Below the pieces are notes generated by a model. It searched no databases and had not been told where the DNA came from. It worked only from the letters and a program-made list of their open reading frames with translations. A DNA stretch of 64,000 nt, from positions 162,938,001 through 163,002,000 of the forward strand of contig CM059425.1 in NCBI GenBank assembly GCA_030390025.1, given 5' to 3'. Numbering within the stretch: position 1 is the first letter of the stretch; each line of letters starts with the position of its first letter. Both the position numbers and the translations under genes were made by a program. Origin of the DNA: Squalus acanthias. Lineage: Eukaryota. Below, in pieces: positions 49,258 through 61,599 of the stretch.

Positions 49258-51214
49258 TAGAATCCCCAACCAGCGGAAATAGTTTCTCTCTATCTACCCT
49301 ATATGTTCCCCTTAATATCCTGAAAACTTTGATCAGATCACCCCTTAACCTTCTAAATTCTAGGGAATACAACCCTAATTTGTGTAATCTCTCCTCGTAA
49401 TTTAACCCTTGAAGTCCGGTATCATTCTGGTAAACCTACGCTGCACTCCATACAAGGCCAATATATCCTTCCTAAGGTGTGGTGCCCAGAACTGCTCACA
49501 GTACTCCAGGTGTGATCTAACCAGGGTTTTGTATAGCTGTAGCATAACTTCTACCCCTCTAGATATAAAGGCCAGCATTCCATTAGCCTTTTTGATTATT
49601 TTCTGTACCTATTCATGACATTTTAATGATCTATGTACTTGGACCCCCAGGTCTCTTTGGACATCCACTGTTTTTAGCTTTTCACCATTTAGAAAGTACC
49701 CTGTTCTATCCTTTTTAGGTCCAAAGTGGATGACCTCACATTTGCATACACTGAAATCCATTTGCCACAGTTTTGCCCATTCACTTAATCTATCAATATC
49801 ACTTTGTAATTTTATGCTTTCATCTACACTGCCTCCAACACTGTGTCATCGGCAAATTTGGACATATGACTTTCTATGCCATCATCTAAGTCGTTAATAA
49901 ATATCGTGAAAAGTTGAGGCCCCAACACAGATCCCTGCGGGACACCACTAGTCACATCCTGCCAATTAGAGTACCTGCCCATGATCCCTACTGCCTGTCT
50001 CTTGCCACTCAGCCAATTTCCTAACCAGGTGAATAATTTTCCCTCAATTCCATGGGCTTCTACCTTAGACAACAGTCTCTTATATGGGACTTTATCAAAT
50101 GCCTTCTGGAAGTCCATATAAATAACATCCATAGACATTACCCTGTCCACTACTTTAGTCACCTCTTCAAGAATTCAATCAGGTTTGTCAGGCATGACCT
50201 ACCTTTCACAAATCCATGCTGGCTCTCTCTGATCAACTGAAAATTTTCGAGGTGTTCAGTCACCCTATCCTTAATTATAGACTCTTGCAATTTCCCGACA
50301 ACAGATGTCAGGCTAACTGGTCTATAGTTCCCTGGTTTCTCTCTCTCGCCATTCTTAAAAAGCAGAGTGACATGCACAATTTTCCAATCTAAAGGAACGG
50401 TTCCTGAATCTAGAGAACTTAAGAAGATTATAGTTAGGGCATCGTCAAATGTGCTCACCTACTTCCTTTAAAACCCTGGGATGGAAACCATCTGGCCCTG
50501 GGGATTTGTCACTCTTTAGTGCCATTATTTTCTTCATTACTGTTATTTTACTTACGTTAATTTTATTGAGTCTCTGTACCCGATTCAATATTAGTTTCTG
50601 TAGGATTTCCGGCATGCTATCCTCTCTTCTACTGTAAATACTGATGCAAAGTAATTATTCAACATGTCCGCCATTTCCCCATTATCATTGACAATATCAC
50701 CACTTTCAGTTTTTAAGGAGCCAACAATGCTCCTGACCACCCTTTTTTTTCTAATGTAAATGTAAAAATTCTTCATATTGACTTTGATATTCCTTGCAAG
50801 TTTCTTTTCATACTCCCTTTTTGTAGCTCTTACTATCTGTTTTGTGACCCTTTGCTGTTCTTTGAATCTTTCCCATTCGCCAGGATCTGTGCTATTTTTT
50901 GAATTTTTGTTCCCCTTTCCTTTAGTATTATGCTGTCCCTTACCTCTTTAGTTGCCCATGGCTGTTTTTTTTGGCAAATAGAGCTCTTGCCCCTCAGGGG
51001 TATAAACTGGTTCTGTATCACGTTAAATTCTTTTATAAACAACACCCACTGATCTTCTGTTGTTTTACCCATTAACAGATTTGCCCAGTTTACTGGAGCT
51101 GGCTTCCCGATGTGCTCACATTTTTGCCGGTTTTAACCCCCCATCCGCACCCAAACTCACACACTCCTGGAGATTAAAATTCCCCCCTATACTTCAAAGT
51201 AATTAACTGGCTAT

Positions 51215-52572
51215 AATTAATCAGTCTACGCTCAATTATCAGCAAAGTGATGGAAGGTGTCGTCGACAGTGCTATCAAGTGCCACTTACTCACCTGCTCA
51301 CCGATGCTCAGTTTGGGTTCCGCCAGAACCACTCGGCTCCCAACCTCATTACAGCCTTGGTCCAAACATGGACAAAGGAGCTGAATTCCAGAGGTGAGGT
51401 GAGAGTGACTGCCCTTGACATCAAGGCAGCATTTGACTGAATGTGGCATCAAGGAGCCCTACTAAAATTTAAGTCAATGGGAATCAGGGGGAAACTCTCC
51501 GCTGGCTGGAGTCATACCTAGCACAAATGAAGATGGTTGTGGTTGCTGGTGTTCAATCGTCTCAGCCCCAGTACATCGAAGCAGGAGTTCCTCAGGGCAG
51601 TGTCCTAGGCCCAACCATCTTCAGCTGCTTCATCAATGACCTTCCCTCCATCATAAGGTCAGAAGTGGGGATGTTCGCTGATGATTGCACAGTCATCAGT
51701 TCCCCATTCGCAATTCCTCAGATAATAAAGCAATCCGTGCCAGCATGTAACATAACCTGGACGACATTCAGGCTTGGGCGGAAAAGTGGCAAGTGACATT
51801 CGTGCCACACAAGTGCCAAGCAATGACCATCTCCAGCAAGTGAGACTCTAACCACATCCCCATGACATTCAATGGCATTTTCATCATCAAACCCCCACCA
51901 TCAACATCCTGGAGGTCACCATTGACCAGAAACTTAACTGGACCAGCCACATAAATACTGTGGCAACAAGAGCAGGTCAGAGGCTCGGTATTCTGTGGCG
52001 AGTGTCTCACCTCCTGACTCCCCAAAGCCTTTCCACTATCTACAAGGCACAAGTAAAGAGTGTGATGGAATTCTCTCCACTTAGCTGGATGAGTGCAGCT
52101 CCAATAACACTCAAGAAACTTAACACCATCCAAGACAAAGCAGTCTGCATGATTGGCACCGAATCCACCACCTTAAACATTCACTCCCTCCACCACCGGC
52201 ATACCGTGGCTGCAGTGTGTACCATCTACAAGATGCACTGCAGCAACTCGCCAAGGCTTCTTCGGCAGCACCTCCCAAACCCGCGACTTCTACCACCTAG
52301 AAGGACAAGGGCAGCAGGCACATGGGAACACAATCACCTCCAAGATTCCCTCCAAGTCATCCTGTCTTAGAAGTATATCGCCATTCCTTTAGCGTCACTG
52401 GGTCATAATCCTGAAACTCCCTCCCTAACAGCACTGTGGGAGTACCTTCACCACACGGACTGCAGCGGTTCAAGAAGGCGACTTACCACCACGTTCTCAA
52501 GAGCAATTAGGGATGGGCAATTAATGCTGGCCTTCCTTGCGATGCCAACATCCTGTGAATGAATTTTTTAAA
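51215..52572 (+). mobile_element. CR1/L2-group LINE family B, RT fragment
   Basis: [29 protein letters not shown] 51960..52370. Confidence 0.88.
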
Positions 52573-52574
52573 AA

Positions 52575-53788
52575 AGGTCCGATGACATCACGGAGTTTGG
52601 ATTGCTGCAGAATGAAAACATCACGGTAGCTGCCAGGAACTCTTGCGCACACCTGTATTAAGATCTTTTTTGGATGCACACCAGTTGCACATTAATGGAG
52701 TGGAAACCCTTGCAGTTGACAAATGCTCCTGGTTGTTCTGGGGTTGCCCGGATTGCCACGTGTGCAGTCGATGATGTCCTGCACTTGTGTGAAGCCAGCC
52801 AGAGACGCAAACCCGCGCGCCCTCTCAGTCCGACTGGCATTATCACAGGCAAAGTTCACATAATTGCTAGCCCTGCCAAACAAGCCATCAGTCACCTGTC
52901 TTATGCATTTGTGGACTGCCATTTGGGAGATCCTGGATACGTCTGCAGCAGAGCCCAGGAAGGATTTGGAGGCAAAAAAGTTGAGGCCAGTGGTGAATTT
53001 GACAGGCACTGGTAATGCGTGGCCACCAGGTCCAGCAGGGAGCAGGTCTTCTTCTAGGAGGCTGCAGTTGTCTGCCACCATGTGACGCGACAACCTGAGC
53101 CTCCTGAAACACTGCAGTTCAGACATGTCAAGGAAACTCAGCCTCTGCCTGTACACCCTGTTTCATGGGTAGTGCCTCCTGCAAGCTGCACCTTTCTGCT
53201 GGTCCCCTCTCTGGTACTGCCCTCTGTGGTGTGCAGCTACAGGTCTGTGACCAGCAGGCTGCTGGTGCTGGTGCTACTGGTCATGTTGCTCCTCATCTGA
53301 GGACCAATCTAAGGCAGCATAAGTGGCACCTATCCTGATGTGATAGAACAAACCTCCAAAGAGTTAAAGATACCAGCAAAGTGTAGAAATTCAACTCTGA
53401 GCAAAAGTACTGTGAACAAACCCTTTCCCACTAGCAGGTAAGAAAGCAGCAGTGAGTACTGAGTATTTGTTGCCATCTTTTTCTGAGATGGATTCAGTCC
53501 CCGCAATTGCCGCTGTGTAGTCATCTGGTTTCACTGCCGAGTTTCAGGAAGCCCAGGAAACCCATGGACCCGACATTAAACTCAAATATCTGTGTAAATA
53601 TCACTCTAATTGAGCGATTTATATATGTTAATTGGCAAACCGCCTCTCCCGAGGAGTTTGCTCGCATGCAGAATAACGTGCTGGAGTGAAACCCAGAAGT
53701 CGGCGGGTTGGAGCCGGCTTACCGATGCACTGTCAATTCCTTCAGTTTTGACCACCACCAGCACACAAACCCCGTTAAAATTCACCCC
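52575..53788 (-). mobile_element. Harbinger remnant: transposase N-terminal pseudogene (~52600-53340) plus terminus
   Basis: ORF 52692..53156 and KGFHSINVQLVC, close to the 28978-30278 subfamily; terminus AAAATTCACCCC|TTA. Confidence 0.85.
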
Positions 53789-54309
53789 TTATTCTCCACA
53801 ATAATGGTGAAAAACAAAAGGTGTCAGTAGAGCAAAACTACAATCAGCCTGCACTTAATTTGCTCCTTTATTTACAGTATTATAGAGTTAGTTATTACCA
53901 TTATCATCACACCATGTCAGGCTGTTCAGCTCTTGGGGAACTGCAATGATATTTCTGCACCAAAACAAACTCTGAAAATGTTTACAAATTTGACCTATTC
54001 TTAGAAATACTACAAACGGAGGAATGTTTGAGGAATCTGGGTGTATTTCTGGACATGTACCAACAATTTTCTGGCTGTTGCAGTATTATATCTGAATATG
54101 GCTGTATCGTATATTTTGTTGGCTATTATATCTGTAAATAAAAACTGCAAATATATACATTGCCCGAACAACATTCAGCCTGAGCCATAAATAAAACAGG
54201 TGTTTTGTTTCTGGATTACAGCAGTCAGATATCTGCATATACATTTACAATTTTTGACAGTACAGTGAATAAGAGCATCTGCTGACAATTCAATTCACTC
54301 CACGTGATA

Positions 54310-56313
54310 TCTAGAAATGGTTGAGCGCACTGCATACAGCAAAGGCTATGGGCCCTGTCAACATCCCGGCTATCGTGCTGAAGACTTGGTTGGAGAAGCT
54401 GGATTTGTTTTCATTAGAGCAAAGGAGGTTGAGGGGTAATTTGATAGAGTTGTACAAGATTATGACAGGTTTGGATAGGCTAGACGGGGAAAAGCTGTTC
54501 CCACTAGTTGATGGTACAAGGACTAGGGGACATAGCTTTAAGGTTTTGAGCAAGAGATACAGGGGGGAACGTGAGAAAAAACTTTTTTACGCAGCGAGTG
54601 GTGAAGACCTGGAACTTGCTGCCGACAGAAGTGGTGGAAGCGGAGACACTCAATGTTTTCAAGGGGAGACTGGATAGGCACTTGAGGGAAATAAACTTGC
54701 AGGGCTATGGGGATATAGTGGGGGAATGGGACTGACTGGCTCTACAGAGAGCCGGCATGGACTCGATGGGCCAATGGCCTCCTTCTGTGCCGTTATGACT
54801 CGACGACTCTATGACTTGCGCCCCAGAACTCGCGGCGACTCTAGCCAAGCTGTTCCAGTACAGCTACAACACTGGCATCTACCCGACAATGTGGAAAACT
54901 GACAAGTATGTACTGTCCACAAAAAGCAGGACAAATCCAATCCGGCCAATTACCGCCCCATCAGTCTACTCTCAATTATCAGCAAAGTGATGGAAGGTGT
55001 CATCGACAGTGCTATCAAGCGGCACTTACTCACCAATAACCTGCTCATCGATGCTCAGTTTGGGTTCCGCCAAGACCACTTGGCTCCTGACCTCATCACA
55101 GCCTTGGTCCAAACATAGACAAAAGAGCTGAATTTCAGAGGTGAGGTGAGAGTGACTGCCCTTGACATCAAGGCAGCATTTGACCGAGTGTGGCATCAAG
55201 GAGCCCCAGTAAAATTGAAGTCAATGGGAATCAGGGGTAATACTCTCCGCTGGCTGGAGTTATACCAAGCACAAAGGAAGATGGTTGTGGTTGTTGGAGG
55301 TCAATCATCTCAGCCCCAGTACATCAATGCAAGAGTTCCTCAGGCCAGTGTCCGAGGCCCAACCATCCTCAGCTGCTTCATCAATGATCTTCCCTCTAGC
55401 ATAAGGTCAGAAGTGGGGATGTTCGCTCATGATTGCACAGTGTTAAGTTCCATTTGCAACTCCTCAGATAATGAAGCAGTCCATGCCCGCATGCAGCAAG
55501 ACGTGGACAACATTCAGACTTGGGCTGATAAGTGGCAAATAACATTCGCGCCACACAAGTGCTAGGCAATGACTATCTCCAACAAGAGAGCATCTAACCA
55601 CCGCCCCTTGAAATTCAACGGCATTACCATCGCTAAATCCCCCACCATCAACATCCTGGGGGTCACCATTGACCAGAAATGTAACTGGACCAGCCACATA
55701 AATACTGTGGCAACAAGAGCTCAGTATTCTGTGGCGAGTGTCTCACCTCCTGACTCCCCAAAGCCTTTCCACCATCGACAAGGTACAAGTCAGGAGTGTG
55801 ATGGAATACTCTCCATTTGCCTGGATGAGTGCTACTCCAACAACACTCAAGAAGTTCGACACCATCCAGGACATAGCAGCCCGTTTGATTGGCACCCCAT
55901 CCACCACCTTAAACATTCACTCCCTCCACCACCAGCACAACGTGGCTGCAGTGTGTACCATCTACAAGATGCACTCCAGCAATTCGCCAAGGCTTCTTCG
56001 GCAGCACCTCCCAAGCCCGCGACCTCTTCCACCTAGAAGGACAAGGGGAGCAGGCGCATGGGAACACCATCACCTGAAATTCCCCTCCAAGTTACATACC
56101 ATCCTGACTTGGAAATATATCACCAATCCATCATCGTCGCTGGGTCAAAATCCTGGAACTCCCTCCCTAACAGCACTGTGGGAGTACCTTCACCACACAG
56201 ACTGCAGTGGTTCAAGAGGTGGCTCACCACCACCTTCTCAAGGGCAATTAGGGATGGGCAATAAATGCTGGCCTTGCCAGTGATGCCCACATCCCAGGAA
56301 CGAATAAAAAAAA
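54310..56313 (+). mobile_element. CR1/L2-group LINE family B, RT region with 3' end; hosts CR1 54389-54812
   Basis: KAMGPVNIPAIVLKT|CAPEL..; PANYRPISL; ALDIKAAFDRVWH; A-rich end near 56305. Confidence 0.9.
54389..54812 (+). mobile_element. CR1 3' fragment with 6-bp TSD GACTTG
   Basis: GACTTG at 54383-54388 and 54813-54818; LEKLDLFSLEQRRLRG..; GACTCTAT-type tail. Confidence 0.88.
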
Positions 56314-56833
56314 AGTCCAAGGTAATAATGAAATTCAGCCAGCAACTGTCCAAAACCTATATATTGTCACTTTTGCATTGCTGTGAAGTGGTTACCAACT
56401 CACAACAGGACAAAAGTGACAACACAATTTGGCAGTCAGACAGAATCTCATTTCTAAGTGCAATGGTGCGAGATCCTCTCAGGGAAGCTGTCTAAAACTA
56501 CTTTGACTTGATACCAGTTGGAGTATAATTCCAGTGCAATAGTGACAGCTCATCAGGTGAGGCAAGTGAGGCCATGCCTCATAGAATTGTCACAGATTCC
56601 CCTAATCTAAACACTTCAACCAACTTTATTTTTTATTAGTTACATTTTATTAATAATATGAGATAGTAATAGAATTAATTGCTACTAATGTTTAAATCAA
56701 GAATTTCTACATAAGAAAACATGCAGTGTATTCAAACTAAAGTCATGATGCGGAGATGCCGGTGTTGGACTGGGGTGGACAAAAGTGAGAAGTCGCACAA
56801 CACCAGGTTATAGTCCAACAGCTTTATTTGAAA

Positions 56834-56870
56834 TCACAAGCTTTCGGAGCGCTGCTCCTTCGTCAGGTGA
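56834..56870 (-). ncRNA. Minimal type I hammerhead ribozyme (sense to MCTP1 pre-mRNA)
   Basis: Reverse complement: TCAC-CTGACGA-A-GGAGC-agc-GCTCC-GAA-AGCT-T-GTGA. Confidence 0.72.
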
Positions 56871-56882
56871 AGTCAGTTGACT

Positions 56883-56919
56883 TCACCTGACGAAGGAGCA
56901 GCGCTCTGAAAGCTTGTGA
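56883..56919 (+). ncRNA. Minimal type I hammerhead ribozyme
   Basis: TCAC-CTGACGA-A-GGAGC-agc-GCTCT-GAA-AGCT-T-GTGA. Confidence 0.72.
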
Positions 56920-57496
56920 TTTCAAATAAAGCTGTTGGACTATAACCTGGTGTTGTGCGACTTCTCACTTTCAAACTAAAGACACTGTGCTTGCAAGAAG
57001 GACCCATCGCCATGGTAACAGTATAGTTTGGTTCGGCAACTTCATAGGCGCTTGTCATTAGTTAGACTTGCCCTTGCCTGTTTAATTTCCCTGAGCATTT
57101 GCACAGCAAGTTGCTGCAAATGGGAGAGTGAAACAGTGCAGCACCCTCTACAGGGGATCTGGGATCTGTGTGAACAGGACAAGCAACTGTCTATCTCCTT
57201 AACCAATCAGATTGAAGAATTGTTAATGAACAGTGCAGCGTCTGAACCAGGAAGTGCAAGTTAGAATAATGAATTAAATGTCAAATCAGGTACAGAAAGC
57301 AATATAAAGAGAGGGAAAGAAAGATTGGATTAACAGAGCGAGAAAAAAGAGACAGAAAGAAAAAGTTTTAAAAATTAATTTAAATTAGGTTTTTAAATCT
57401 CCAACAACAATTAAAAGCTGAAGGAATGAGACGCCCCACTTGCAAAAGTTAATTTTCAATTCCTGAGAGGTCATTTAGCAGTAATTAAGACTTATT

Positions 57497-59010
57497 CCCC
57501 TCTCCCTCAAATTTGCCGTCATCACCCCTCTCCTCAAAAAACAAACCTTGATCCCTCCGTCCTTGCAAACTACCACCCCATCTCCAACCTCCCTTTCTTC
57601 TCCAAAGTCCTTGAACGTGTTGTCGCCTCCCAAATCCGTGCCCACCTTTCCCACAATTCCATGTTTGAATCCTTCCAATCAGGTTTACGCCCTTGCCACA
57701 GTACCGAAACGGCTCTCATCAAAGTCACAAATGACATCTTTTGTGACTGTGACAAAGGTAAACTATCCCTCCTCGTCCTTCTTGACTTGTCTGCAGCCTT
57801 TGACATGGTTGACCACTCCATCCTTCTTTAACGCCTCTCCACCGTCGTCCAGGCGGGTGGGACTGCACACGCCTGGTTCCATTCTTATCTATCTAATTGT
57901 AACCAGAGAATCACCTACAACGGCTTCTCTTCCCACTCCTGCATCGTTACCTCTGGTGTCCCCCAAGGATCTATCCTTGGCCCCCTCCTATTTCTCATCT
58001 ACATGTTGCCCCTTGGTGACATCATCCGAAAACACAGCATCAGTTTCCACATGTACGCTGACAACACCCAGCTCTACCTCACTACCACTTCTCTCGACCC
58101 CTCCACGGTGTCTAAATTGTCAGACTGCTTGTCCAACATACATTCTGGATGAGCAAAAATTTTCTCCAATTAAATATTGGGAAAACCGAAGCCATTGTTT
58201 TCGGTCACCGCCGCAAACTCCGTTCGCTAGCCACTGACTCCATCCCTCTCCCCAACATCTGTCTGAGGCACATTGTTCGCAACCTTGGTGTCATATTTGA
58301 TCCTGAAATGAGCTTCCGACCACATATCCGCAGCATAACAAAGACCGCCTACTTCCACCTCCGTAACATCGCCCGTCTCCGCCCTTGCCTCAGCTCATCC
58401 GTTGCTGAAACCCTCATCCATGCCTTTGTTACCTCTAGACTTGACTATTCCAACGCACTCCTGGCTGGCCTCCCACATTCCACCCTACGTAAACTTGAGG
58501 TCATCCAAAACTCGGCTGCCCCTGTCCTAACTTGCACCAAGTCCTGTTCGCCCATTACCCCTGTGCTCGCTGACATTGGCTCCCGGTTAAGCAGCGCCTC
58601 AATTTCAAAATTCTCATCCTTGTTTTCAAATCCCTCCATGGCCTCGCCCCTCCCTATCTCTGTAAGATCCTTCAGCCCCACAACCCCCAGAGATATCTGC
58701 GTTCCTCTAATTCTGCCCTCTTGAGCATCCCTGATTATCATCGCTCAACCATTGGTGGCCGTGCCTTCTGTTGCCTAGGCCCTAAGCTCTGGAATTCCCT
58801 GCCTAAATCTCTCCGCCTCTCTACCTCTCTTTCCTCCTTTAAGACGCTCCTTAAAACCTACCTCTTTGACCAAGCTTTTGGTCACCTACCCTAATTTTTC
58901 CTTATGTGGATCGGTGTCAAATTTTTTGGTCTTCAAATACTCCTGTGCAGCGCCATGGGACGTTTTACCACGTTAAAGGTGCTATATAAATACAAGTTGT
59001 TGTTGTTGTT
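57497..59010 (+). mobile_element. L2 LINE, 5'-truncated RT region with 3' tail
   Basis: LDLSAAFD.VDH, GVPQGSILGPLLF, MYADN, LQLNIGKTE, RNLGVIFD, SRLDYSNALLAGLP; (GTT)n tail. Confidence 0.93.
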
Positions 59011-59789
59011 ATCAGGCCTTTAAAAAGGGTACTTAAACTGAAATGGAGACGCCCTAACCTTTGTGGCGAGTTTAGTCCGTATCTACGACAACCCTACGGG
59101 AACTTCACGGCATTGAATGTATTTGAATGGGGAGCCAGATGGCGAGATGCCGGTTTCATGCAGCTTACGGAGGAGCGGCGCATCTCGCACAGCAACTTCC
59201 GGATTTTCGCATTTAACTATGCATCTGCGTTTGCCTGAAATTGCTGTCCAATTTGCACATAAATAACGGTGAGTGCCGTTAGCCTCAAGCACATGTGTGC
59301 TGAGCTTGCTTAGCAGTATATGAGCAGTTTTGCAACCTGCAGTATAGATGCAGTGCTGCAAATTTCAGACCAGTAACAGAGCATAAATGCAGCCCTTTAA
59401 TCCTGGAGCACTGAAATTTCCACTGTGGCTTTTAAGCATATCCACTTTATCATGAGCTTTAATTGCAGCTGTGCAAACATAAAGTGTAAAAGGCAGGTCC
59501 TTTTTTAAAAGGAGGAAATGATTATTGAAGGGCAAAATGCTTCAGGCTGCTCTTACTTATAATTGGCTATTGAAGGTTATTTATATCAAATAAAAATAAA
59601 ATGAAAGCAATAGCACCATTTCTATGTACTCACAGGGTGCTGTCAGCAAAGCAAACAGTGCTATGGAATCTGTTGCTCCATATGTCAGTGAGAAGTCACT
59701 GAGAATGTGTAATAACACGAAAGCCTGAGGCAATAGTTTACTGATGGTAGAAGCATAAGAACATAAGAATTAGGAAAGAAAATAATGTG

Positions 59790-61450
59790 TATGGAAAATG
59801 AAAGAGCTCTGGGGTCCTGGTTGACAAGAAATTGAAGCTATTGCAACAATGCTCAGTGGCAATGAGTAAAGTAAATCAGATGTTGGGATGTATTACAAGA
59901 TCAATATTGAGAAAAATGGTGAGGTGATCCTGCCACTTTATAAATCATTGGTCTGAGCACATTTAGAATACTGTATACAGTTCTGGTCGCCGCAGTACAG
60001 AAATATTGCAGCTATTGAGTGTATACAGAAGAGGGCATGGAGGGATTGAATTATGATGAGTGGTTACATTAATTGGATACATTCACATTGGAAAAGAGAA
60101 GGCTGAGAAGTGATTGCTGGTTTTACAAGTTTAAAGGGATGAGATAATGTACACCATGCCAAGCTGCTTCACCTTAGCTAGAACATTAGGACCAGAGGAT
60201 ACAGCCCGCACTTGAAGGGGGATAAATTTACAAAGAATCTGTGGAAACATTGGGGGAAAATTTAACCCGAAAATTGCGTGGGTTTGAGTCAGGTGGGAGG
60301 TTAAAATGTTAAAAATCTGAAACAGGAACCCTTCCCACCTCAAACCCGCCCACTTCCGGTTTTAACAGTGGCGGGATGAGGGGCGGGCGGCCAACCCACT
60401 CTCAGAAGGCAGGTCCCTCATTCAAACCTTTTAAGGAGGCTACATCTATGTTTACAGTGTTTCTACTTTTTAAACCCATGTTGACCGGTTTTCTGAGCAA
60501 ACCCAGCCAGTAAAAGGAGGCGAGAAAAGCTGGATCCATAGGTAAGTGCTTTTACAACACTGCTTGTGGGCCAGGAGGAGCAGGAGTGTTTCCTCCAGGC
60601 CTAACAAGCGTACTTGTAAACATCCTGCCCCCACTTCCACATTCTCCCTCCAACATGCCCCCATCACTGACTCCCCCCCCAACCCCCATTGATTACTGGC
60701 CCCTCCATTAACCGACCCCCAATCACTTACTCTCCCTCCAACTCCCTAAATCCCCCATCTCCGACCCCTCTCTGATCTCCCCTGAGCCTCCGCGATCCTC
60801 CCCGAACCCCCTGCGATCACCCCTAACACCCCCAACCATGCTCTACCCACCCCCTCCCCGCGATCTCTACTCCCAACAACCATGAAACCTGCCTGATCCT
60901 GGGCTGCAGCCTTTTCTGTCGAACATCCCCGCCGAACAGGCAGCCAGGCCTGTCAACAGGTTGGCTTTCAGGTGGGAAATCTATTTAAAAAAGAAACACA
61001 CCACCCTGGAGTTAAAACTCCATGGTGTTCGCAGAAACACGCGCTCCCGTGCTTCCCGACCATAACTCCTCACGCCCGCTCCAAAACCCTGCCCCAGTGA
61101 ATACTGGGGCCATTATTTCAGTGAGCTTGTGGTAAATCTATGGAATAGTATCCCTTGGGAAATGGTGGACCAGATTGTGTTGATTCATTCAAATGCAAAT
61201 TAGATAGTATTCTTTCAGAAAGTAATTTGAGACATGACATGTGGTGAGTGTAGCATGCTTGGGAGGAACAGCTGATTTTCCACCTATGGTTCCCAAAGCT
61301 CTCCAGCGCCGGGGTTTTCCTCGGCTTATGTCTGTTGTAGATGAATTGAAAGAGATTGATTGTCATGATTGGTCAAGAACTCCATTATTGTTGTATCATG
61401 CGACTACCAAAAGGCGAACTAGATGGACATTAATCCTTTTCTCATTTACC
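59790..61450 (+). mobile_element. Old CR1 3' fragment split by MITE 60252-61111
   Basis: LYKSLV..HLEYCIQFWSP; LEKRRLRSD; reads GGAAACATT|ATTTCAGTGAG..GTAAATCTATGGAA across the insert. Confidence 0.75.
60252..61111. mobile_element. Harbinger-type MITE, ATT TSD, degenerate TIRs
   Basis: ATT|GGGGGAAAATTTAAC ... GTGAATACTGGGGCC|ATT. Confidence 0.65.
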
Positions 61451-61599
61451 AATTGCTATGTTCTGATGTAAATCAGAAGGAACAATACACAAAGGGGAAG
61501 CACGCTTGTTTTCATTCCATTCACGAGTTATACTGCGACTTTTCTCGTGATGGATGTTGCCCAGTAGAGTTAACCGAACATGCGGAGCCTCAGAACCTC

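Larger units (their letters stand above)
47348..51092 (-). mobile_element. CR1 LINE (5'-truncated ORF2), split by nested Harbinger MITEs
   Basis: ORFs 50159..50458, 49824..50162 ([29 protein letters not shown]) and 47413..47655. Confidence 0.92.
56743..56969. mobile_element. Palindromic Penelope-like insert (head-to-head pLTR fragments), 12-bp TSD
   Basis: TTCAAACTAAAG at 56731-56742 and 56970-56981; ~94-bp arms around a 2-nt centre (56876-56877) with one mismatch. Confidence 0.85.
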
